From: Vitrella brassicaformis CCMP3155 | Lineage: Eukaryota > Protista > Chromerida | Length of the DNA stretch: 64,000 nucleotides | Reading direction: 5' to 3' | NCBI GenBank assembly: GCA_001179505.1 | Contig: CDMY01000656.1 | Coordinates: forward strand, 1 to 64,000 | Shown: positions 23,701 to 35,559 of the stretch, in pieces | Numbering within the stretch: the first letter of the stretch is position 1 | How the letters are laid out: every line of letters begins with the position of its first letter | The notes under the pieces: generated by a model | What the model saw: the letters and a program-made list of their open reading frames with translations, nothing else | The model's database searches: none | What the model was told of the DNA's origin: nothing | Program-made: the position numbers and the translations under genes

Positions 23701-24176
23701 GCCTCGGTCCCCTCTCCACACCAGTGGTACGGCGACCCCAGCATGTCACAGTACCATTGGCTCCAGCCGTGGTAGCAGGCCCTCCTCTCTCCGTTCGTCC
23801 CATAGGCGTAGTTGCAGTTGTCGCACCTCTGGTTGGTGCATGCCCCTTCGGTGCAGTAGCAGGGGTCTTTCAGCTTCTCGTCCTTGTCGTCCTCGTGCTT
23901 CTTGCCCGCGCACCATGAGTACCCCTTGCCCTGACACTGCTGCTCACTCCAACCGCTGAAGCACACGTATCGGCCATCTGCGGTGCACAGAAAGACGACA
24001 GTTGGACCAGCATGCAGCTCAGCTGCAATCGCTCTTTTACCGTGCTCGAAGCGACAGTTGTTGCAGACGTTGTTTGCGCAGGCGCCCTCATTGCAGTAGC
24101 AGGCATCAACCTCACTGGATGAAATATCGTGGCTCAGGCAATAAAATGGCAACAGGATGAGCACGAGGGCCAGCAT
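20767..24176 (-). CDS. Secreted GH18 chitinase: signal peptide, two 8-Cys repeats, Pro/Thr linker, catalytic domain
   Basis: MLALVLILLPFYCLS; KFIYSVGGWSLS; intact DG|LDIDWEYP; LNLMTYDIHGSWE; WVGYDD; LGGVFVWLIDDD. Confidence 0.92.
22880..23180. other. Assembly gap within the chitinase gene
   Basis: N run; the matching stretch in the second copy (~55098-55162) is only ~65 bp, so gap lengths look like placeholders. Confidence 0.95.
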
Positions 24177-24323
24177 GTTGACGGCAGGAGAATCTCAGGC
24201 AACTTTTGGGAGAATCGTAGGGCAGGACGCAAAATTGGGCAGGACGTCACGGTGGCACCGGCCCCCTTGCCGCCCCCACCGCAGTAACTTGAAGGGATGA
24301 AATAAAAGTCCACTACGACAACC

Positions 24324-25956
24324 ATGTACCGCTTCTTCCTGGTCTGGTGTCTGGTCTTTCTCTCGACAAGCCCCATCCTTCTGCTGCTCTTCCAGCAGCG
24401 GGTGGCCTACCAAAGACGCCTCCTCAGATCGCACTACCCAGAAAGCGACACCCACGACTCCGACACGTGTGATGTGGACGCGACGCTGGAGTCCTTCCGG
24501 CAGTTCTACCTTCGGCCGCTCGTCTCCCTAGACCCGGACGACCCCCAGACCTACCATTGCGTGGCGGACACCGAAGGGGACGATTCGCTTCCTCCCGCAG
24601 AACAGTTCGCTCTGGACTCGTGTGGCGGGTGCGACAGGCAGCCGAGCCTGGCGCTGATGTTCCTTACGCGAGAAGGGCTGGAGGAGCTCGAACCTCTCTG
24701 GCTGGAATGGCTCTCTATGACGTCTTGTCCGCAGTGCTTCAGGGGCTACATTCACCGCAGCTGGTCGGACGTGCAGACCAGCCGGCCGTCGCATCCCTTC
24801 TTTGAGGAGGTCCCGAGGATCAGGGGTATCCGGCGGGGCCGTCTGCTGCCCGCCGAGAATGCGCTGGTCAAGGCAGCTTTGCGTCAGCCGTGCAACCAGA
24901 TGATGATCTTCCTGTCCCCGTCGCACATCCCCCTGACCCACCCCGATGTCGTGTACGACATTCTATTCGACGACGCGCTCGAGGAAGACGGCACTCTGCC
25001 CAGCAGCCGATTCTGGTCAGTCAGTCACAGTGGGACGTGTGACGTGTGTCTTGATGTGTGTGCCGATGTGTGGGTGTGGGTGTCTTGTTGTGGGTGGGGG
25101 ATCGATCAGCTATGCAGGCAAAGGGGAAGAGAGAGAGGACGACCGCATTGAGAGCAGAGATTATGAGGGGGCAGACAACAGCACCTTATCCTGCGGACAG
25201 GAAGACGACAACACCATTGGACACGGTCATGTCACCACACACAGCTCTGAGGGAGGGAGAATGGCCATTGGCACCAGTCATCACTCCCTCCCTCCCTCCC
25301 TCTCTCTGTGGCGGTGGGTGCGGTGTGTGCAGACGTGAAGCACCACCAGTGGCGTGCCTACAACCGCTACCACGCCATGATCGTTGCCGCCCAGGGCCTC
25401 GTGTACCCCTACGCCCGCAACCTGAGCATCTACCACTACCTGCCCGAGAAGGCCGCCAGCGACGAGTGGTACCCACACCACGTCCTCAGACGGGCACTCG
25501 GCAATGAAGCCATCTGGGAACAGGTATTATGGACACACACACGTGCGCTGGGCAGGTGAGCTGTCATTTCCCTCTCTGTGTGTTCAGGTCAATGGCGGTC
25601 TGACTGATTGGACGGGGCAGACCGACCCGCACCTCAAGGCCATGTACTGCGACACGCTCACATGCTGGAACCAGACGGACGGCTGTGGTCTGGGTGAGGG
25701 CGGCAAGTGCAGCCGCACCGGCCCTGTGTGCTTCGACACGCTCAACCACACCCGGCTGGCCGAGCTGATTGCGGCCCCCCCGCCCCTGTTTCTGCGCAAG
25801 GTCACGGCCAACACGGGGGTGGTGGACGACAAGACGGGCCATCTGATGGGGCGGGTGGCCGACATGGTCGTCGATATGATCAGAAGCCAACACGACAAGG
25901 CTGTTGGGCTAGAGAGTAGAGAGCAGATGGAGGGTGGGGCACCAGTGGAAGAGTAG
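24324..25956 (+). CDS. Core-2/I-branching (GT14-like, DUF266/BC10-type) glycosyltransferase, type II membrane protein
   Basis: N-terminal anchor; LALMFLT..LW..W..GYIH; AENALVKAAL..NQMMIFLS..HIPL; KHHQW..R.HA; SDEWY; LTDW; LFLRKV. Confidence 0.82.
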
Positions 25957-26418
25957 CTAGCGTGTGTGTGGATCAGATCGGGCGGTCTATCGGTTAGTTA
26001 TGTGTGTGTGTACTTGTCAGCCATTTGTGGCGCTGTGTACCTTCTGCTCTGCGTACTTGTACTTCTTTGGGTCTGTAGCTTTCTGTGTCACTCACTTTTT
26101 CTGTTCCTCTCTCTCTCTGTGTCTGTGCGTGTTCATTCCTATTTGGTTATATATCTCCGCGAGATAGGTATGTGCGTGTGTCTGTCTGCCTATTTCTTTG
26201 CACATCTTGCACATCCATCTGTGTGTGTCCTCGACTGCATGACGACAATTAACTCAAGCCCGCCCTGTTTCTTCGTGGGGTGTGCACCCTCAGTCTCTCC
26301 ACGTGTTATGTAATGTCATCAAGACGGCCGCCCCTCTGGCTGTACACCACACTCACACACCCACCTCTGCCGGCATTCGACAGACAGACAGACAAACATC
26401 ACTCTCTCACGAGAAGAA

Positions 26419-28465
26419 CTAGCTGCCACCTTCTCTGACAGGATCTACACCCACACTCTCGGCAGACTGGGCACTGCCCATCTTCTCTGCCCGCCTCCTC
26501 AGGAAAGCGTCGACATGTGTGGCGACAGCGTCGACGGCCTGGTCGATCGTCATGTCAGATGTGTCCACTACCACCGCATCACTGACACACACATTGCAGG
26601 AAAGATGAATGGGCAGCTGGATGGGGGGATGCATGTGTTGGGAGAGAGGAGAGAGAGTGTGTGGCTTACTGTGCGGCCACGAGGGGTGCCTCCGCCCTCT
26701 CTCTGTCCCTTTTGTCGCGCTGTTTCATGTCCTCCAGCACCTCCTCAAACGGCATGCCCATCTCTTTGCCCACAAACTCCTGAAACACACACACACACAC
26801 ACACACGTGTGCAGACGGCACGAGAAGGGGCAATGTGTGTGTGGTGTGATGTTGTTGCTCATTCACCTGGTGGCGCCTCTTGGCTCGCACGTCCACTCTC
26901 GCATCGACGAAAAATTTGAGGGGCGCCTCTGGGCACACCACTGTGCCGATGTCCCTGACACACAGGCACACAGAGAGAGAGACACACAGACAGCTGGATG
27001 GATGGACCGGGCCGGCACAGAGAAGCACACCGCGCCACGAGACGAGACGAGACGACACGCCACGCAGTCAGTTGAGTGTGCCATTGTAGGGGATGAGAGC
27101 CCCTCATGAGCTCGGTGAGCGAGGAGCCTCAGAATTAACAACGGCAAGCATCGATCTCTCTTTTTCGCAGGCAGGCACAACGATGCAACACACGCTGGTC
27201 AGCAGTGCTGCCCGCTGTTTGTGGCCTGCTCTCGGTGCCTCTGCCTGTCTGTATGGCTATCGTGCTCATCCTCATCCGTCAGACACCCCCCCCCCCCCCC
27301 CCCNNNNNNNNNNNNNNNNNNNNNNNNNNNNNNNNNNNNNNNNNNNNNNNNNNNNNNNNNNNNNNNNNNNNNNNNNNNNNNNNNNNNNNNNNNNNNNNNN
27401 NNNNNNNNNNNNNNNNNNNNNNNNNNNNNNNNNNNNNNNNNNNNNNNNNNNNNNNNNNNNNNNNNNNNNNNNNNNNNNNNNNNNNNNNNNNNNNNNNNNN
27501 NNNNNNNNNNNNNNNNNNNNNNNNNNNNNNNNNNNNNNNNNNNNNNNNNNNNNNNNNNNNNNNNNNNNNNNNNNNNNNNNNNNNNNNNNNNNNNNNNNNN
27601 NNNCCCCCCCCCCCCCCTGTGTGTGTGTCTGTGTGTGTGTGTGTGTGTGTGTGCTTGTACCTCCCGTCGATGATGGTGCCTCTGCATCCGTCTGGTGGGA
27701 AGTGGGCGAACCGCCTCTGCAGGTCCAGCAGGGCAGCACGCACACTCGGGTGCACTGAGATGCACGAAGCCGCCTGTAGTTGACGCCAAACACCACACAC
27801 ACACACCCATGGCATCAACGGACGGACACAGACATGCCACCCACACGCCACGCCACTACGCCCACCTGTGCGGCTTGGTCGCTCCGCAGCTCAGGGTAAG
27901 CGAGGTCGTCAAGAGTGATGGTCTCGCACAGCTGGGCCACCCTGCCGTCCTGGTCGAACGGGATGCCCCGACGGAGCGACAGGAGCCCCGCGGCACGATA
28001 CAGGAGACCGCTCTCGAGATGGGCAAGGCCATACGCAGCTGCACGACAGCGACAGCAGCAGACAACCATAGAGAGCTCATTGAGGAATCATCATATATAT
28101 GCACAACCACACACCAGCGGGGAACAGCATGCAGTGTGTTGTGTGTCGGTTTGCTCACTGGCGAGGCGCTTGGCCACGGTGCCCTTGCCCGCTCCCGCCG
28201 GCCCATCCACAGCGACAATGAAGTCATCACTCGACCCAGGTGCCGATTGTTGCGATGAATCAAACGAGTTGGCGGCACTCATCCGAGCCACAGATGACCG
28301 CCGCCTCAGCAACGCGGGACTCGGTGCGGGTGGGAGAGAGAGGGGGCCGCTGAAAGCCGAGATGAATGCGCGGCGGCTCGAAGGCAGTTTGGCGAGCCGT
28401 GATGATGTTGCCGGTGGTACTGAGAGCAGCCACACTGTGAGGCTAGCCAGGAGCGAGCCCTCCAT
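26419..28465 (-). CDS. cmk: Bacterial-type cytidylate kinase with predicted bipartite plastid leader
   Basis: IVAVDGPAGAGKGTVAKRLA; SGLLYRA; VRAALLDLQRRF; IIDGR|DIGTVVCPEAPLKFFVDA..RAKRR; RDKRD..APL; DTSDMTIDQAV. Confidence 0.93.
27304..27603. other. Assembly gap flanked by poly-C
   Basis: N run between C homopolymers, inside a cmk intron. Confidence 0.98.
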
Positions 28466-28964
28466 CTTGACGCATCAACGAACGCTTCAGGCAGGCGATG
28501 AGTCGCTGGCTGGTAGTTGGAGAGATAACTGACCAGATCTTCTGCAGGACACTTCCACCAAACCGCAAGGCCGGAAGGAACGGGTCTGGGACGACTTACG
28601 ACTTGGCTCCCTATGGCTTCAGCGGTTTCAGGGAGGACCCTAGTCTTTGGCTTCAAGCTCGCAGTTTTCTGAACTCCTAACTCCTTCTCCCTCTGCCAGC
28701 ACAGGACCTCAGCTGGAGTTCTGCAGTAGCCCGCAAGGCCCGACCGCATCGCACGCATTTCGCCTTTCCACCCATCGCCAGACACCCCAACGGTGCGGTA
28801 CCATGCATTCTGACTAAGGGACTGTCCAACGGACACTGACCGGTGCGGCTCTACCCATTGGTAAGCGAATGCACCCGCCAGGTGGGGGATTCCGCCGTGC
28901 ATGAGGGCCGGGAGGCCGAGGCAAGACGGGGTAGGACGTGTGGCGTGATGTTTTGTGGGTGCAG

Positions 28965-31821
28965 ATGTATCCGTCTGGTGTTCCTGGCGTGTCGTCGAGC
29001 ACTCTGCTGACCGGTCATGGGTTTCAGAGCGCATCGGCGGCTGCTGCCAACCGAGGAGGCCACCGCGGCGGTGCTGTGATGCGAGGAGGAGGTGTCGCCG
29101 ACCATCAGCGGGAGCATAGCAACCACCCTGACGACCACGACATGATCATGGACCCTGAGGTGAGAGAGGCGACCACACCTCATCTCTCCACATCCACAGT
29201 GCAGTCCTCTCTCTGCGTGTGGTGTGTGGTGTGTCTTGTGTCAGATTCACCGTCGCCCCCAGCAGCAGCAGCAGCAGCAGCATCAGCAGCAGCAGAACCA
29301 CCGTGTCCGCAACGCCGCTCACCACGCCGTGTACCAGGCCCACACGCACCGCTACGCCACCCGCCGTGTCCAGCAGCAGCAGCCCAACGGCAGCAACCAC
29401 CCCGGGCACAATGGCGGTGCAGGTGCAGGTGCGGGTGGGGGTGGTGTGCAAGCGTCGGTTGTGTCGAGTGACGTGATGATGTCTGTCGACTCGTCGATGG
29501 AGTCTTCCATGGCCCAGTCGCAGCAGCAGCAGTCGCTCGCGGGCATGGTGCAGCGGTCGGCACTGCCGCGCACCATCCCGGAGGACTGCACGGTGCGCTT
29601 CCAGGTCCTCACGCCACACGAGGCGGCTGAGCGGGGATTCGGTACGCGTACATCTCTCACCACAGGCATGACATCACAGACCACAGGCACACAGCACCTT
29701 CCTTGTGTGTGCGTGTGGTTCTTGTCCCTCCCTCCAGGTGGGTATGCTCACATCTCGGGGCGCACCTTCACTGCGACGATCCCTGTGGTGGGTCTGGGCA
29801 CCCCGTTGCGTGTGTTCGAGGGTCGCCGTGAGTTTAGCCAGTCGGAGCGGCTTCAGCTGCAGCTGTTCGAGGGGCGGCGGGCGGCGAGGGTGCAGCTCCT
29901 GCCCGAGTGGGACCGCAAGAAACTCCACGACCCCCAGTACTGCTCAGAATACGCCAAACAGATCTACGACGACCTAGTACGGAAATCGGCCCAGGTGAGA
30001 AAGAGCGAGGGAGGGAGGGAGGGAGGGAGGGAAACACACACATGGGTATGAGTTGTGATGTGGTGTGTGGTGTGTCTTGTGTGTCAGTTCCACTTGCGCG
30101 CGCGTCACGGCTACTTCGAGGGCGGTTCGCAGCCCGAGGTGAGTTCCGTGATGCGCACCATCTTGGTGGACTGGATGGTCGAGGTGCACAAGCGGTTCAA
30201 GCTCAAGCAGGAGACCCTACACATCGCCATCACCATCATGGACAGATACTTCGGTATGTACGCTACGCTAAGCTCTCTCTCCACACACACACACACACAC
30301 ACATCCCCTCTCCCACACCGCCACCGCCACCGCCACACACCCCTCTCTGTCTGTTTGTGTGTCTGTTGTGTGTGTGTGTGTGTGTGTAGAGTCGAAGGCG
30401 TTGCCCCGTGAGCATCTGCAGCTGTTGGGTGCGTCGTGTCTGCTGATCGCGGCCAAGTACGAGGAGATCTTCGCCCCGGAGGTCAACGACGTCGTCTTTG
30501 TCGCCGACAACGCATTCAGCGCACAGCAGCTACGCGACTTCGAAATGCAACTTCTGGACGTACTCAAGTTCAAACTCACCGTAAACAACCACACACACAC
30601 ACACGCCCCCCTCCCCCCGCCCCTCCCTCACACGTATCCACATCTCTCTCTCTCTCTCTGTGGTGCGTGATGTGTGTGTGTGTGTGTGTGTGTGTTCAGA
30701 CTCCTAGCGCGTTGACGTTTCTGAATCGGTATCGTGTGGTGATGGGGCTGGAGGACCGGCACTACTACCTGGCCATGTACTTCACGGAGCTGACGCTGCT
30801 CGATTACAAGATGCTGCACTGGCCGCCCCACCTCATCGCCACCGCCGCCATGTACCTTTCCAATCGCATGAACCGCATGAAGGGCATCGTAAGCACCTGC
30901 ACACACCGCCCACACAAAGAGAGAGGGTGGATGGATGGATGTGTGTGTGTGTGTGGATGGATGGATGGATGCATCCAGCACCCGTTGATGCAGCAGAGCG
31001 GCCTGATAGACGACCTGAACGAGTCGGTCATCAAGGACTGCGCTCGGCAGATCGTGGCGCTCGTCCAGGAACAGAATCAACCCACCAATCCTAACAAGGT
31101 GGGCACCCCACACCCACAGCACACACACATACACACATACACACATACAGTGTCCCCATCAGGCCATCCGGAGCAAGTTTGGCAAGGAGGAGTACCAGAA
31201 GGTCGCGGAGCTGGTCAAGATCGACTCGAACGCACAGCAGAACAAGGCCAAGCAGCAGCAGCCCCACCACCATCAGCACCCTCCTGCGCCACCCGCGCCG
31301 GCCGCCCAGCAGCCCAACCGACACAACCAGCACCACCACAACGCATATGCGCCATCGTACCACTCCTACGCCGGGGCGGCTGCTGCGGCTGCCGGGGGCC
31401 ACCAGTACCCCCACCGCAACCACTACGCCCAGTACCCCCACACCACACACGGGGCAGGGGCGGCACACAACCCGGTGAGCCAACACCAGACCCACTCCCC
31501 CTCCTCCCTCACCCCTCCCTCCACACACGTCTTCCTCTCTCTCTCTCTCTCTCTGTGTGTGTGCATCAGGGAGCTATGCAGGGGGTGGTTGAGGGTGCTG
31601 GAGGGGGAGGGGCTGGCGGCCACGCCAATAGCGGTGCTGGCAATGGCTGTGGCGGCGGCGGTGGCGGCGGCGGTGGTGGGAGCGGCACCATGGCAACGTC
31701 GGCGTTCCGGAAGCGTCGGCAGGCGACTCAGCTGGACCGTGACAGCATGGAGGACAGCGACGAGTTTCCCAACCGTGGCAACAAAAACAGGGCCTCACGA
31801 CCTTGCGCACCCGGCGCATGA
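28965..31821 (+). CDS. A/B-type mitotic cyclin with poly-Q/low-complexity termini; an upstream exon is possible
   Basis: DPQYCSEYAKQIY; MRTILVDWMVEVHKRFKLKQETLHIAITIMDRYF; LQLLGASCLLIAAKYEEIFAPEV; TPSALTFLNRY; YFTELTLLDY. Confidence 0.92.
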
Positions 31822-32335
31822 GTGCTCACACACACACAGCACACCCACACCCAGACACCCAGACACTCGTAGATAGAGATTCCCACGCACCTTCGATGGC
31901 TGCTGGCTCAGAGACAGACCGGATCTATGCATGTGCGTATGTGTGTGTCTTTTCTTTGATTTGGGTGCACTGACCTCGTCTCTTTTGGGGAGGGACTATG
32001 GGATGTCTTGTGCTTCGTGTGCCAGTGTCTTGTGCAGCCGAGTGGATGGATGGATGGATGGATGGACGGCCGGACAAGGGGTGCTTGTCTGTGTGTGTGG
32101 TGTGGGGAGTGGGTTGGTGTGTCGGTGCCAGCCAGCCAGCCCACCCAGCAGAAAGTGTCGCTCGCTCTCCCGTAGCTAGCTAGCTCCTAGCTTCTCTCTC
32201 TCCCCTCTCTCCCGATTGGCCTGCCTGCTGTGTGGTCTTGCGTCCCTTGAGCTGACTTCTGCCGCCCCACCAAACACACACACAGAGAAAGGGACAGGAA
32301 AGGACGGAGAGAGCGACACATGGCACCCACACCAC

Positions 32336-32635
32336 NNNNNNNNNNNNNNNNNNNNNNNNNNNNNNNNNNNNNNNNNNNNNNNNNNNNNNNNNNNNNNNNN
32401 NNNNNNNNNNNNNNNNNNNNNNNNNNNNNNNNNNNNNNNNNNNNNNNNNNNNNNNNNNNNNNNNNNNNNNNNNNNNNNNNNNNNNNNNNNNNNNNNNNNN
32501 NNNNNNNNNNNNNNNNNNNNNNNNNNNNNNNNNNNNNNNNNNNNNNNNNNNNNNNNNNNNNNNNNNNNNNNNNNNNNNNNNNNNNNNNNNNNNNNNNNNN
32601 NNNNNNNNNNNNNNNNNNNNNNNNNNNNNNNNNNN
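32336..32635. other. Assembly gap followed by poly-C
   Basis: N run. Confidence 0.98.
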
Positions 32636-33375
32636 CCCCCCCCCCCCCCCCCCCCCCCCCACATCTCCAACTTTGCTTTTGTCCCATTCTGGATACTCCC
32701 TCCCTGCCTCCCTGTGTGCCTGCCTTCATCGTGACTACATGCAATTCGGCTGCCAGCACGTAGCCATCGCTGGCCGGATGGATGGATGGATAAAGATAAG
32801 GAAAGGACCGGGGGGAGAGGGAGAGGGAGAGGGAGAGGGGAGTGGCTGGCTGACCGGGTGGTGTCTGTGGCCGATGTGTGATGTGTGTATAGCGTCTGCC
32901 TGTCCGTCGTCTGTTGGTGCGTGTGTGTGTGTGTGTGAATGGATGGAATGGCGTGGCATGGCGTGGCCGGCAGGGTGGCAGCAGATAGATGCGGGCATTG
33001 ATTGCCTTGGCGAAGAGAGGGCCATCGATGGATGAGATGAGCGGCACCCACACCGCACACGCGTGACACACACAGAGCCCCAAGTGCAGTGCACCTCTCT
33101 AGCCATGCGTGGGCGCGCGACTGCCTGCCTGCCTGCCTGCCTGCAGTGACCCGCTGTCCGTCTATCTGTCTGTCTGTCTGTCTGTCTGACCATTCGTCTG
33201 GTTTGTTTGTTCTGGGGCTGACTGGCTGCCATTGGACAAAAGAGACACGAGCGCACCTATACCGCTGAAGCAACGAGTCAACTGAGGGGAAAGCGCCTGT
33301 GCAGTCAGTCGACACACACCAATCTTCCGACCGACAGACACATAGAGATCCACACGCATACCCACACGCACACGC

Positions 33376-33617
33376 TCAGTCCAGCAGCACTTCAGGGTCA
33401 ATCGTGGGCACCAACTCGACAAACTGCCGCTCAAACCTCAGCCTCTCCTCCTGCGTGAAGTGCCACAAACTCTCACCATCATCGCCTTCAGCCTCGTGTG
33501 CCGCGTCGGGGGAGGCTCGCTGGTCGTGGGTAGTACTACTGGCAGCAGGAGAAGGGCTCATCAATGCCGATCGAACGTACCTGTGGTCACACGGCCAGAC
33601 AGAAGGGCGGACACCTG

Positions 33618-33650
<33 letters not shown>

Positions 33651-35463
33651 CTGTCTGCCTGACTTGATGTCGTTGGTGTTAGCGACCTCGCAGTGCCCCA
33701 TGAGTGCCTCCCCAAAGCTGATGAGCGTCTCGTCACTGCCTGCACCAAAACACACGTACAGCACCACAGTGACTGCCTGCTCAATGGTTGGCTGGATGAG
33801 AGAGAAAGCCTGCTGGCCGCTTCCCCCCACCGGACCGACCTACCGGCAAGGAATGCGGCCGCCAGGGCCTTGCTCTTCTGCAGCAGCTTCCTGTTGACAG
33901 TGTGGGCCATCTTGCCGCCCACAATGCTCGCAGCCGATCGATTCTACACACACACAGAGACACAACGTGAGTGCACATCGACGTGGTCACGAATGGGCGT
34001 ATACCTCAACGAGCACGCCCCTGAGGAAGCTGCCGATGGGGTGTTCCATGGGTGTGTCGCTGACGCGCGGATCGGCCAGGTCGACGAACGGGCGGAGGGC
34101 ATATGCGGGGTCGAAGAGCACCTGAGACTTTCTCCTGGGTGTCCCTGCCGCCAGGTTGACAACCACAGTCCCCTTGCGGAGAGACCCACGGAGGTCGATG
34201 GACACCTGATGACAGACACAGACACAGACCTTGTGTCTCTCCCCTTGTGTGCATTTGAGGCTTACTGCGTCCAGTTGGTAGGGAGGTACGGCGACAACTG
34301 TGTGCGTTGATGAAAGGGGAGAGGGATCACCTCACAGATGCGCGTAGGCAATGCATCCGGCTGGCTGGTTGGCTGGCTTACTCAGCAGGTCAGCGAATGC
34401 GGCCACCTTGGCGTTGTCAAAGACACAGAGGTGCAGACCCTTGACCAGCGGGCTGCCCTACCACAGACGCAAGACAGGACAAAAACCGTGAGGAACTAGC
34501 AGAGCACCCGGGCAGGCCCTTCCCTCCCTCCCTCCCTCCCTCCCCATCTCACCCGCAGCTCGTCTGCCCTCCGTGTGGACACAGCTAGGCACCTCGGCGA
34601 CGGCAGCAGCTCTGCACAGGCCAAACGACCAAGAATCTCCCAGTTCAGACACGCAGGCGCAGGGATTTATTCCATCTCTCGCACCAGCATGTCTCAGGTA
34701 TCTGAGTATCAGCCCTCCAACGCGCCCCACACCGATGAGCCCCACGCGGAGCGGCGAGCGTGTTGCCGGCTCAGGCGAAAATGACCTGCTCTCATCGTCA
34801 CCAGCGCCCCTGTGAGACGACGCACTGTCGGCCTCTGACTGACATGTGGGCCACGCAGGTAGAGACAGGTGCAGGCAGGCAGTCCCCCTTTTGGGGCTTA
34901 CGGAAGTGCCGCCCTGCAGGTGGGCTTTGACACGAAGGAAGAGCAGTATCAACAAGGCGACCTGGTACACCAACACCTGCACAGAGAGAGGACCATACGA
35001 GCCGACAAAGATACACCCATGCGGCGCATCCACAGACACGCACCTGTTCCACCACATCTGCAGCCAGCAGCGCCTGTTGGAATCGGGGCTCGGGAATCAG
35101 CCGCTCCACCCAAGTGGTCAGCCTGGCGGCCTCCAGCCTTTCGCGAGGCAGCAACTCCGACAAGGCATCGCTGAGAGCAAAGTGCATTGCATGCCTTCCT
35201 GTGTGCGTCTTTGTATCCATGTTGGCTCACGGTATGAGAGAGTGCCGCCTGGGCGATAGTGCGGCCAGCCGGGGTGACGACGCGGCCCTCTTGTACTCCA
35301 TGGCCATCATGGCCTCCGTCAGCGGCACGTCGGGCAGCGATATCCTCAGCTGCCTCGGCAGGGACCCTTCATTTATTCTGTCGCTTGTCGGTGAGCCAAC
35401 AGGGGAGATGGGGTCGGCAACAGGCTGCTGGGAGTAGGGGGTGGAGTGCGGCACGGCAGCCAT
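33376..35463 (-). CDS. NAD(P)-binding Rossmann protein, NOXRED1/pyrroline-5-carboxylate-reductase-like
   Basis: LRVGLIGVGRVGGLIL (GxGxxG); spliced VFDNAKVAAFADLL|VVAVPPYQLDAV|SIDLRGSLRKGTVVVNLAAG follows the P5CR N-domain pattern. Confidence 0.68.
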
Positions 35464-35559
35464 GAGTCCTCTCCTTTCACAACTTGAACCTTCAAGTTGC
35501 CGACGTGGGGGCGTGTTTGGGGGCCGCATGCATGCCGTCTCAGGTTGTGCCAGCGGACA

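Noticed and set aside
31900-33370. Gene in the gap-containing interval
   Set aside because: Dominated by microsatellites and N; no coherent exon chain.
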